Under the pieces are notes generated by a model, which was given only the letters and a program-made list of their open reading frames with translations, made no database searches and was not told where the DNA came from. This document shows, piece by piece, positions 7,944 through 15,492 of a DNA stretch of 22,611 nucleotides (positions within the stretch are counted from its first letter, which is position 1; every line of letters begins with the position of its first letter). Made by a program: the position numbers and the translations under genes. The DNA comes from Promethearchaeota archaeon (GTDB lineage: Archaea; Asgardarchaeota; Lokiarchaeia; Sigyniarchaeales; SOKP01). Location of the stretch: positions 1-22,611 of the forward strand of contig JBHLPW010000070.1 of assembly GCA_048939015.1 (NCBI GenBank), in the 5' to 3' direction.

Positions 7944-8705
7944 ATGGTAAAGGATGTTTTAATTTATGAAATTAAAGATCAGATTGCCTATATTACTATA
8001 GACAATCCAGAAAATAATAGATTGGATCCTCTACTATGCAGAGCTTTGGGAGAAGCATGGAAGCGTTTTGCGGATGATCCAGAAAGTAGGGTGGCAATTC
8101 TCAGTGCTAAAGGTCCTGACTTTAGTCGTGGCGCAGATATTTATGTTAAAGGTTCGTTAAAAGATCTTCTTAAAGCTTTTCCTCCAAATGGTACTAAAAT
8201 CCTAAAACCAATCATCGGAGCGGTTCATGGAAATGTAATTGGTAGTGGATATGGACTTGGAGTTTTAAGCACAGATATAACCTATGCGACAGAAGATACC
8301 CAGTTTATCTTTGGTGAAGTCTTTGTTGGAATAGTTGGGACTATTATAGAATATAAACCTTATATGCCTTTCAAGGCTTCTATGGAATTTTACATGTCAG
8401 GGAAACCGATGAGTGCTAAACGGGCTTACGAATTAGGTCTAATCAATCATGTAACAAAAAATAAAGAAGAGCTTATGATAGAAGCTACTAAAATGGCTCA
8501 AATATTACGGGATAATGCACCATTATCCTTAAGAGCGATTAAATATGGTCATTACAAAATCATGGAGAGTGAAAGAAGAAAGGCAATACGTTTAGCACAG
8601 GAGGAATTTAATACTTTTATTCAACCTCAATTAGTTAGCGAAGACTTCAAGGAAGGAAAAGCAGCACTTAAGGAAAATAGAAAGCCTATATTTAAGGGTC
8701 GCTAA
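7944..8705 (+). CDS. Enoyl-CoA hydratase/isomerase (crotonase) family protein
   Basis: FSRGADI oxyanion loop, KPIIGAVHG.VIGSG, A.RAYELGLIN, APLSLRAIK, SEDFKEG..A..E.RKP.FKG. Confidence 0.92.
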   Translation: MVKDVLIYEIKDQIAYITIDNPENNRLDPLLCRALGEAWKRFADDPESRVAILSAKGPDFSRGADIYVKGSLKDLLKAFPPNGTKILKPIIGAVHGNVIGSGYGLGVLSTDITYATEDTQFIFGEVFVGIVGTIIEYKPYMPFKASMEFYMSGKPMSAKRAYELGLINHVTKNKEELMIEATKMAQILRDNAPLSLRAIKYGHYKIMESERRKAIRLAQEEFNTFIQPQLVSEDFKEGKAALKENRKPIFKGR

Positions 8706-8717
8706 TATTTCGGGTTG

Positions 8718-8728
8718 ATTTTTTTTTT
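8718..8728 (+). terminator. Oligo-T archaeal-type terminator between convergent genes
   Basis: Long T run just after the crotonase stop, followed by an A-tract that reads as T on the opposite strand. Confidence 0.4.
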
Positions 8729-8755
8729 CTTATTAAAAAATCTAATGCAAGGAAT

Positions 8756-9616
8756 TTAACTAATTTCAAGAGGAAATTTGTCTTCTGTTCCTGCTGGACC
8801 ATCAATCGAATAATTTCCAGTTCCTCCATAATCTGACCACCAATTGCCTTGACTATTTGATACATCATACCAAAAATTATTGCTTCCTTCATCGAATCCT
8901 TGGCTATTAATAGTGCCTGTCAATCTACCATCTACACTATAAGTTCCCGAAAAACTATTATCAATTAAAGTATTATAGTATATTTCGTTTGAATTAGCCT
9001 CCCCCACAAGTGCGATTCCATGTTGAGAATTCATTTTTACTGTATTATTTGTAATTATATTAAAACTTGAAATGCGAATGTTAATTCCCTGATAATTATT
9101 GTTTTTTATTATATTCGATTTTATCATGCAAAATGAAGCGAGATTAAGATGAATACCTTGCATAAAATTAGTACAAACGTTATTTATGATTGAACAATTA
9201 TTAGTATTATGTAAAGTAATCCCTCCGCCATCACCGGATGTTGAGATGCAAGTATTATTTATAATCCATACTCTTCCACTAGCTACATCCATTAATCTAA
9301 TTCCCACAAAATCTGAGTAAACCACACAATTTCTAATAATAACATATAAATAAGTGTTTGATATGCTAATTCCAAAAGAATTAGCGCCACTTGCACCGAT
9401 CCTGAAGTCTTCTATTATATATGGATTTTCCTGTGTTCCATTTCCGGTGAAATCATAATTAAGAAAGTCATTATCTGATTCAATAATAATGGGAGCTTGT
9501 AAATTAGATCTATTAAAAGTCAGTAAAAAGATTCCGATACTTGCAGATATTACAATAACAGCAATACTTAAACCTACAACAAAGTATTTATTCTTTTTAA
9601 TAAATTTGGAAATCAT
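8756..9616 (-). CDS. Membrane-anchored right-handed parallel beta-helix (NosD-like) surface protein
   Basis: N-terminal TM, PIIIESDNDF..GNGTQENPYIIE, repeated GI.L....N..I.NN, C-terminal GNWWSDY..DKFPL. GAGGAG RBS. Confidence 0.88.
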   Translation of the reverse strand: MISKFIKKNKYFVVGLSIAVIVISASIGIFLLTFNRSNLQAPIIIESDNDFLNYDFTGNGTQENPYIIEDFRIGASGANSFGISISNTYLYVIIRNCVVYSDFVGIRLMDVASGRVWIINNTCISTSGDGGGITLHNTNNCSIINNVCTNFMQGIHLNLASFCMIKSNIIKNNNYQGINIRISSFNIITNNTVKMNSQHGIALVGEANSNEIYYNTLIDNSFSGTYSVDGRLTGTINSQGFDEGSNNFWYDVSNSQGNWWSDYGGTGNYSIDGPAGTEDKFPLEIS

Positions 9617-9805
9617 TTTTCTCCTCAGAACAACACAATGTTGAATGATTGCTTTATAGTTAATACGACTAACATAAATAAACTGTTGATTAAGAAGCTA
9701 TGAATCGGAATATTTTGACTATAATTAATTTATTAATATCAATTTATAGAAACTCGACTATGAATTTCTTATCATTGAGACTCAATTTATTCTATTTAAC
9801 TTAAA

Positions 9806-9813
9806 TTTATATG
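9806..9813 (+). promoter_or_regulatory. Candidate TATA box for the roadblock cluster
   Basis: TTTATATG about 95 bp upstream of ATG 9906; GGAG RBS at 9891-9894. Confidence 0.3.
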
Positions 9814-9905
9814 GTTGAAATTTCATGGAATTTAAAAGGAAAAAAGTGAAATTAATCAACTATTCTAAAATTCAATTTCAAAATTTGAAAGGAGTTTAAT
9901 TAGAC

Positions 9906-10280
9906 ATGAGTAAAGTCGAACAAGTTACACAAATTTTACAAGATCTTGAAGAAAAAGTATCCGATATTATTGGTTCTGCAGTTATAAGAACTAATGGTCT
10001 TATAATCGCATCTGCTTTACCTAGTGAAGCGAATGAAAGGATGATCGCAGCAATGTCAGCGGCACTTTTAGGCACATCAAAAAGATCCGCAGAAGCTCTT
10101 TTTAATGGACTATTTCGAAGTCTTAACTTAGAACTAGATAAGGGAAATATGTTTCTTATCGGTGCAGGTCGTGTTATATTAGTAGCAATAACAAGAAAAG
10201 AACCGAATATTGGTTTGGTTACTCTAGAAATGGAAGACACAAGCAATAAAATAAAGGAAATTTTTGGTGCTGAGGAGTGA
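9906..10280 (+). CDS. Roadblock/LC7 (MglB/LAMTOR2-like) domain protein
   Basis: IIGSAVIRTNGLIIASALP, IAAMSAALLG.S.R, L.LE.DKG, ILVAIT..EPNIGLV.LEM: canonical roadblock pattern. Confidence 0.93.
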   Translation: MSKVEQVTQILQDLEEKVSDIIGSAVIRTNGLIIASALPSEANERMIAAMSAALLGTSKRSAEALFNGLFRSLNLELDKGNMFLIGAGRVILVAITRKEPNIGLVTLEMEDTSNKIKEIFGAEE

Positions 10281-10287
10281 GTAAAAT

Positions 10288-10758
10288 ATGAGTGAAAGAT
10301 TGAAAGAGAGATTAAAGCAGTTAAAATTCATTTCTTCTATGTTTAGTTTGGCGATGGATGAGTTCAATAATGTTATGGGACCAGAAACTATTCAAACCAT
10401 TTTTAGATTAATAGGAGAACGTCAAGGAGAAGCAGTAGAAAAAAGATTAAGAGAAAAAAATGATATTCAGAAATGGACTCCTGAATTATTTGCTGAAAAA
10501 CTTTCTAAAGATGTAATTGACGCGGCAGTAGGAACAGGAGCATCAGAAGTTGTTGTAAAAAATAATGAGATATCTGTAATAATTAAAGACTGTCCATTCA
10601 AACGAGCAGGCATCAAAATTACAAATAAATTTTACTGTACCTATACAGAAGGCTTGATAGAAACAATAGGAAAAAAAGCACTTGGCATAGAATCATTTGA
10701 AAGTCAAGAATTAAGAGCAGTCGCTAAATGTGACTGTAAATTTCTTCTTAAACTATAA
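10288..10758 (+). CDS. V4R / methanogen output domain (H-NOX/TRAPP Bet3-related fold) protein
   Basis: Helical IFRLIGERQGE, then IIKDCPF..FYCTYTEGLIE..CDCKF Cys pattern typical of V4R domains. Confidence 0.75.
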   Translation: MSERLKERLKQLKFISSMFSLAMDEFNNVMGPETIQTIFRLIGERQGEAVEKRLREKNDIQKWTPELFAEKLSKDVIDAAVGTGASEVVVKNNEISVIIKDCPFKRAGIKITNKFYCTYTEGLIETIGKKALGIESFESQELRAVAKCDCKFLLKL

Positions 10759-10821
10759 ATTTTTAAGATTTTAAGTATAAATTTTTATTATAACATTTTT
10801 TTTATTTTTTCAGTTACAAAA

Positions 10822-11550
10822 ATGATTCTTTCAATTCTAATTTTAAAAAGAACTGGAGAAAATTTATGTAGTAGAACATTTGGAACAACCAAATGGAGTG
10901 AAACGTTAACAAGTGGGTTTATTTCTGCTACTTTTAATTTTACTAAAAAAACATTTGGAACAGAATTAAACGAATTAGAATTAGGACCTTATCGATTGAT
11001 GTTTGAATTAACAGATGACCTTATCATTGTCGCTTTTTATGAAAAAAGCGATAGTATTATTAACATACGACAAAAATTGGGTGAATTAAAGGAGATTATT
11101 TACGACAAATATGAATCTGCGATAAAAAGTGATATTTGTGATCAAGAAAATTTTGCGGGTCTAAATGAGATTATAGATAAAATTATAGCAGAATCTTCTA
11201 AAATCGATATAAATGACGAATTAAAGAAAAAATATAAAGATGTTTTAGATAGTTTTCGATCAAATGTAGAAATTTTAGATTGTGATTTAATAACCAGTTC
11301 AGGAGTTCCATTAACAAAGGAATGGAATAAAGAATTTTTAGATCTCTGTTTACGAATTATAGATGCCTTTTGGAAATCAAAACAATACGTATTAGATCAA
11401 ATTATTCTTACTTATGAACAACGTAACCTAATTTTACATAAGATAAATAATAATTTTGTGCTTTCAGCACTAGTGAGAAGAAATACTCCTATTGGGTTGG
11501 CAACTTTTATGGTTGAAGAGACTTCAAATATAATTGCCAAAATTGAATAA
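10822..11550 (+). CDS. Longin-like N-terminal domain fused to a C-terminal roadblock domain
   Basis: N-half: MILSILILKRTGENL..SGFISA.FNF.K....ELNELELG..LIIVAFYEK.D (longin-like). C-half: DLITSSGVPL..QIILTYE..FVLSALVRRNTPIGL (roadblock). Confidence 0.72.
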   Translation: MILSILILKRTGENLCSRTFGTTKWSETLTSGFISATFNFTKKTFGTELNELELGPYRLMFELTDDLIIVAFYEKSDSIINIRQKLGELKEIIYDKYESAIKSDICDQENFAGLNEIIDKIIAESSKIDINDELKKKYKDVLDSFRSNVEILDCDLITSSGVPLTKEWNKEFLDLCLRIIDAFWKSKQYVLDQIILTYEQRNLILHKINNNFVLSALVRRNTPIGLATFMVEETSNIIAKIE

Positions 11551-11582
11551 AAGATATTTAAATACACTTTGAGATTAGTAGA

Positions 11583-12002
11583 ATGGGATTTTTATCTAAA
11601 ATTTTTGGAAAAAAGGAAGAGCATGATATTCAGGTTATTGAATCTGAGATGATAAAGTTAAAGAAGAAAATTAATGCAGAAATGATAGTTATTTTCGGAA
11701 TTGGAGGAAGATTGAAAGGGTTGCCTTTAATTTATGCTTCAGATGATGATAATGAAGTTAAACAATTTTCTGCTAGATTATATGAGGTGATTGTTCCTCT
11801 TGATAGAGTTTCAGTTGATAGAAACGTTAGGGACATTTTAATAAACTATAATGACTCAATTCTATTTTTTAAACAAATAATGGAAAATATTGGATATTTT
11901 GCAATATTTGGTAATAAAAATGATCTCTTAGGGGTTAAACAATGGATATATAAGAAAGAAGAGGTTCTGAAAAATCTTCTCCATGAAAAGAAATTATATT
12001 AA
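11583..12002 (+). CDS. Divergent roadblock/longin-like protein with N-terminal amphipathic helix
   Basis: MGFLSKIFGKK N-terminus. MIVIFG....GLPLIYAS, helix, VRDILINY..ILFFKQI..IGYFAIF, terminal helix fit the profilin-like alpha/beta order. Confidence 0.55.
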   Translation: MGFLSKIFGKKEEHDIQVIESEMIKLKKKINAEMIVIFGIGGRLKGLPLIYASDDDNEVKQFSARLYEVIVPLDRVSVDRNVRDILINYNDSILFFKQIMENIGYFAIFGNKNDLLGVKQWIYKKEEVLKNLLHEKKLY

Positions 12003-12044
12003 TTATAGTTTATCTACATAATTCTTTAATTTAATAGTTAAAAT

Positions 12045-12395
12045 CTAGAAGAGTTTAACAATTAAAACGCCCACCATAATAACAATAAGTAAACTTAAGA
12101 TTATTATCAAAAGAATTGCCAAATTTTGTATTTGTAAAGCTGCTGAATATTTTGACAAAGCATCATAGTAGTTTTTTTCCCCTTCAATAATATCTTCTCC
12201 TAGTGCTCCTGTTACTTCCCAAAAAGTTATTTTTTCTGCCCATTGCCTATTTTCATTTATAATTTGCTTTTGTTCTTCTAGGATTGATTGTTGGTAATTA
12301 ATTTGAATTGAGCTTAAAATGATAAATATCCCTGAAATAATCATAATAAAAATTGTATAGCCCAATACAAGAGTTTTTTTTTTAATATCCTTCAA
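12045..12395 (-). CDS. Small two-TM membrane protein with a helical extracytoplasmic hairpin
   Basis: Two hydrophobic segments flanking a polar helical region of about 60 aa. Likely start TTG 12395 (LKDIKKK then TM); the track start 12485 runs through AT-rich DNA. Confidence 0.6.
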   Translation of the reverse strand: MKDIKKKTLVLGYTIFIMIISGIFIILSSIQINYQQSILEEQKQIINENRQWAEKITFWEVTGALGEDIIEGEKNYYDALSKYSAALQIQNLAILLIIILSLLIVIMVGVLIVKLF

Positions 12396-12650
12396 ATTAA
12401 TAACTCGTCTTTGAAAATTAATATGCTTTAAACTAACATTATAATAAGATCTTATATAATTTTTTTCAATTAATCTCCAAATCAAAAAAACCTAATAATT
12501 GAAGGTTAAAGATCAATATACCATTATTTTAAAAGAAATGATTTTTTCTATTGACAAATGTTTTTATTTAATTTAAATCACTAGATGTACTGTTGAGAGT
12601 TTAATACATTAATAAAAATGGAAATAGGAAAATAAAAATCTCAGCTACTT

Positions 12651-14165
12651 ATGACAGATAAAGAAAAAAAAAAGGGAAAAAAAGAAAAAAAAAAGAAGTC
12701 TGTAGTTCAAGTCGCGGAGATTAAATCTCAAGATAAACAGAAAGAAAATAATAAAGATATCTTTTCTAAGCTAGATAGGCTTGATGATATTGATAAAGCT
12801 AAAAGCCAAATAAAAGAAGAAAAATTAAGAAAGGGTATAATCTTAAGCGAACAATTAGAGAAAAAAGAAAAATACCCAGATAAAAAGTTGGATTTCAGTA
12901 AGATAAGAATAGAAATTGAGCAACTGAAAGAACTAAAAGATCTTTACATAACCAAAGGAGATTTTGATAAAGCTAGAGAAATCTCTGAAAAAATTATTGT
13001 GCTTGCATTCTCAAACAAATTAAAGTCAGTTATTGATGAAGAGAATAAAAATTTAGAACTTTTAAGAAAAAAAAGAAAAGAACTACCTCCAGAGAAAGAA
13101 AATCATGAAGAAAAAAATCACATAGAAATAAAACCTGAGAAAAAAGCAGAAAAATCCATTGAAGAAGAAAAATTAGAGAAAAAATCAGATTTATTATTAA
13201 TTATAGAAGAACCAGTGTTAAAAGAAGAGAAATTAAAAGCGGAAAAAATAGATTTGAGCGAGATTGAAATAGAAATAGGACAGTTAAATGAACGTAAAAA
13301 TCACTACTATGATAACGGATTATATGATAAAGCAATTGAAATATCAGAAAAAATAATTGTGTTAGCATTTTCTAACAAATTAAAGTCTATTGTCGATGAA
13401 GAGTATAGATTTGTAGAGCTCTTAAAAAATAAAAAACAAGAAGCAACTTTAGAGAAGAAAACCCTTAAAGAATCTAAAGAAGCGGATATTATCAATAAGG
13501 AGGAAATAGAAAAACCAATAAAGAAAGATTCAATTGATTTAATATTAGATTTAGATGCTATTAAAGAAAAACAAGCCTTAAAACAAGAAAAGATGAATCT
13601 TGAGAAAGAAAAAGAAACATTTGAACAAGAGAAACTAAAATACGAAGAAGAAAAAGAAGCCCTTAAATGGGAGAAACAAATGCTTGAAGAAATGAAAAAT
13701 CACGAGAGACATAAAGATGTTATTACTAAAGAAAATGCAGTTCAAGGAATAATTAAAACAACTGAGAGTGAAGAAATTGAGATGAATGAATCTGAAATAT
13801 ATTCTCTTAAACAGGAAAGAGAAAGGATACAGATAGAAAGAGAGAATGTTGAAAAGGAAAAATTGAAACTTGATGAAGAGAAGAAAGATTTTGAAAAATA
13901 CAAGTTAATGCTTAAAGATAAAAATGAAAGACTTGAGCAAGAAAAACAACAATTACAGATAGATAAAGAAAAGCTCAACCAAAAAAAAATCAAACTTAAA
14001 GAACAAAAAGATCTTTTTGAGGACAACTGGATTAAATTTCAAGATGATAAGGAAAAGTTAAAGAGAGAAAAACAGAAATTTGAAGAAGAAAGGGATACGT
14101 TTAGATGGGAAAAACAAATGTTTAATGAATTAAAAAAGCATGAACGAGAAAAAGAATCTCAATAG
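12651..14165 (+). CDS. E/K-rich coiled-coil protein with two internal repeat families
   Basis: 504 aa. Duplicated helical-hairpin module, long heptad region, duplicated WEKQM..E.K.HER motif. Confidence 0.8.
   Translation: MTDKEKKKGKKEKKKKSVVQVAEIKSQDKQKENNKDIFSKLDRLDDIDKAKSQIKEEKLRKGIILSEQLEKKEKYPDKKLDFSKIRIEIEQLKELKDLYITKGDFDKAREISEKIIVLAFSNKLKSVIDEENKNLELLRKKRKELPPEKENHEEKNHIEIKPEKKAEKSIEEEKLEKKSDLLLIIEEPVLKEEKLKAEKIDLSEIEIEIGQLNERKNHYYDNGLYDKAIEISEKIIVLAFSNKLKSIVDEEYRFVELLKNKKQEATLEKKTLKESKEADIINKEEIEKPIKKDSIDLILDLDAIKEKQALKQEKMNLEKEKETFEQEKLKYEEEKEALKWEKQMLEEMKNHERHKDVITKENAVQGIIKTTESEEIEMNESEIYSLKQERERIQIERENVEKEKLKLDEEKKDFEKYKLMLKDKNERLEQEKQQLQIDKEKLNQKKIKLKEQKDLFEDNWIKFQDDKEKLKREKQKFEEERDTFRWEKQMFNELKKHEREKESQ
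12891..13403 (+). repeat. Intragenic duplication of a 51-codon TPR/UVR-like helical hairpin (12891-13043 and 13251-13403)
   Basis: D.S.I.IEI.QL.E.K..Y...G..DKA.EISEKIIVLAFSNKLKS..DEE occurs twice, 360 nt apart. Confidence 0.9.
13629..14156 (+). repeat. Intragenic duplication of a 30-codon coiled-coil cap (13629-13718 and 14067-14156)
   Basis: EKLKYEEEKEALKWEKQMLEEMKNHERHKD versus EKQKFEEERDTFRWEKQMFNELKKHEREKE. Confidence 0.85.
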
Positions 14166-14261
14166 CTTATAACTTAACCTAGCATAATCTAATTCTATAA
14201 ATAGAATGTCTTATTATTGTTGTTAACCTTAGAACTATTAAATTTGTAAAGATTAACATTT

Positions 14262-15101
14262 ATGTCATCTAAAATGCAAATTATTTTTGGGGACTGGCGG
14301 TTAGGTAGAATACTCATGTTTATATTTATTACAAGTTCGGTATCATATGGACTGGGGGGAGTTTTGATAAACATTCTCTTAGCAGGTTTAGTGGGAGCTA
14401 CATTATCAGCTGGTGGTTTTTTTTTTGATTATCTTGGAGATTATAAAAATGATCGTGAATCGGGTAATATGAAAAATCCTATAGCTAGAGAGACTTTCTC
14501 CCCAAAAGGTGGTTTTATATTAATTATTATATGCTTTACCATTAGTATAATTACATGTATCATAGTAAATCCTTGGGCTTTAATTCCCTTAGTATGTTTA
14601 ATATGTGTAATTGGCGGACTCGTACAAGGAATACTTGATAGTGCCCTCTTACGTGCATTTAGCCTAGGAATTCTTCAAGGATTTTATGTCTTAATTGGTT
14701 CTCTTTTTGCCTATAAGTTTGAATTAAGTGTAATTCTATTGGCTGCATTTTTATTTTTTGCGATGACAGGTGCAAGAGTTTTAGGAGATACAAGAGATCT
14801 TCCTTACGATCAAAAAACAAATACAAATACAATTCCAAAAAAATATGGTATAAAATGGGCAGGATATTTTCTCTTAATTAATGAGCTTTTAGCTTATATA
14901 ATTGGGATTTTCATTTACTTGTTGGGTTTATTAGGAATTTGTTATTTAATTTGCATCATTTGTACAATTTCGATTGGAATTCCTTTGAATCTTTGGTTCA
15001 TTTTAAGACCATCCCCAAAAACTGCACGAATAGTTAATGTTTTATCTTTAGCAATTCTAGGTTCATTATTTATAATTGGAATGTTTTTAGGAAGATTATA
15101 G
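14262..15101 (+). CDS. UbiA family prenyltransferase (DGGGP synthase-like)
   Basis: Multi-TM protein with Asp-rich motifs FDYLGDYKND...KNPIA and GDTRDLPYD....NTIP.KYG. Confidence 0.88.
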   Translation: MSSKMQIIFGDWRLGRILMFIFITSSVSYGLGGVLINILLAGLVGATLSAGGFFFDYLGDYKNDRESGNMKNPIARETFSPKGGFILIIICFTISIITCIIVNPWALIPLVCLICVIGGLVQGILDSALLRAFSLGILQGFYVLIGSLFAYKFELSVILLAAFLFFAMTGARVLGDTRDLPYDQKTNTNTIPKKYGIKWAGYFLLINELLAYIIGIFIYLLGLLGICYLICIICTISIGIPLNLWFILRPSPKTARIVNVLSLAILGSLFIIGMFLGRL

Positions 15102-15110
15102 ATTTGAAAT

Positions 15111-15380
15111 TTATTCCCTTATTCTTCTTAATTCAATTTTCACAGCATTAGTTCTGTCAGCACATTCCCATTCTATCACATCTGGATCTTCAAACCAAGG
15201 AATTGTACCTCCAAATTGAAGTACCATAAGATATGGAAAAATGTCATGATAAAAATATCCGCATAACCCTCCTGAATCTTGTCCATCGAGTTCAATTTTA
15301 TCTCCTACTTTATGACCCGCATTACAGTGCCCTTTTACTTCCTTAATAGTTCCTACTATTTTATATCTTACTTCAGACAA
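15111..15380 (-). CDS. TIGR04076 family protein
   Basis: VKGHCNAGHKVGD, GLC..FYHDIFPY...LQFGG.IPW, ECAD..NAVKIEL. TTG start after GGTG. Confidence 0.85.
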   Translation of the reverse strand: MSEVRYKIVGTIKEVKGHCNAGHKVGDKIELDGQDSGGLCGYFYHDIFPYLMVLQFGGTIPWFEDPDVIEWECADRTNAVKIELRRIRE

Positions 15381-15492
15381 ATTTTACACCTTTCAAAATT
15401 TAATTTTAAATATTTGAAAGTTTAATAATATTTAGTGTTTATTTGTTAAATATCAAGGTTAATAATTACTGATTATCAATAGAACGATAAAA

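Noticed and set aside
8692-8892. 66-aa minus-strand ORF
   Set aside because: Alternative frame within the NosD gene 3' end; no motifs.
9654-9890. Scattered GACTA/CTATGAAT repeats and TTTCAAAATTTGAAA palindrome (similar arms at 15390-15420)
   Set aside because: Short, irregularly spaced and AT-rich; not distinguishable from chance and not a CRISPR array.
9896-10246. 116-aa antisense ORF
   Set aside because: Shadow of the canonical roadblock gene.
13307-14026. Two S/F/L-rich antisense ORFs
   Set aside because: Mirror of E/K-rich codons in the coiled-coil gene.
12651-14165. Coiled-coil protein as SMC, ESCRT-III or intermediate filament
   Set aside because: No Walker motifs or hinge, wrong size and pattern; any similarity would be compositional.
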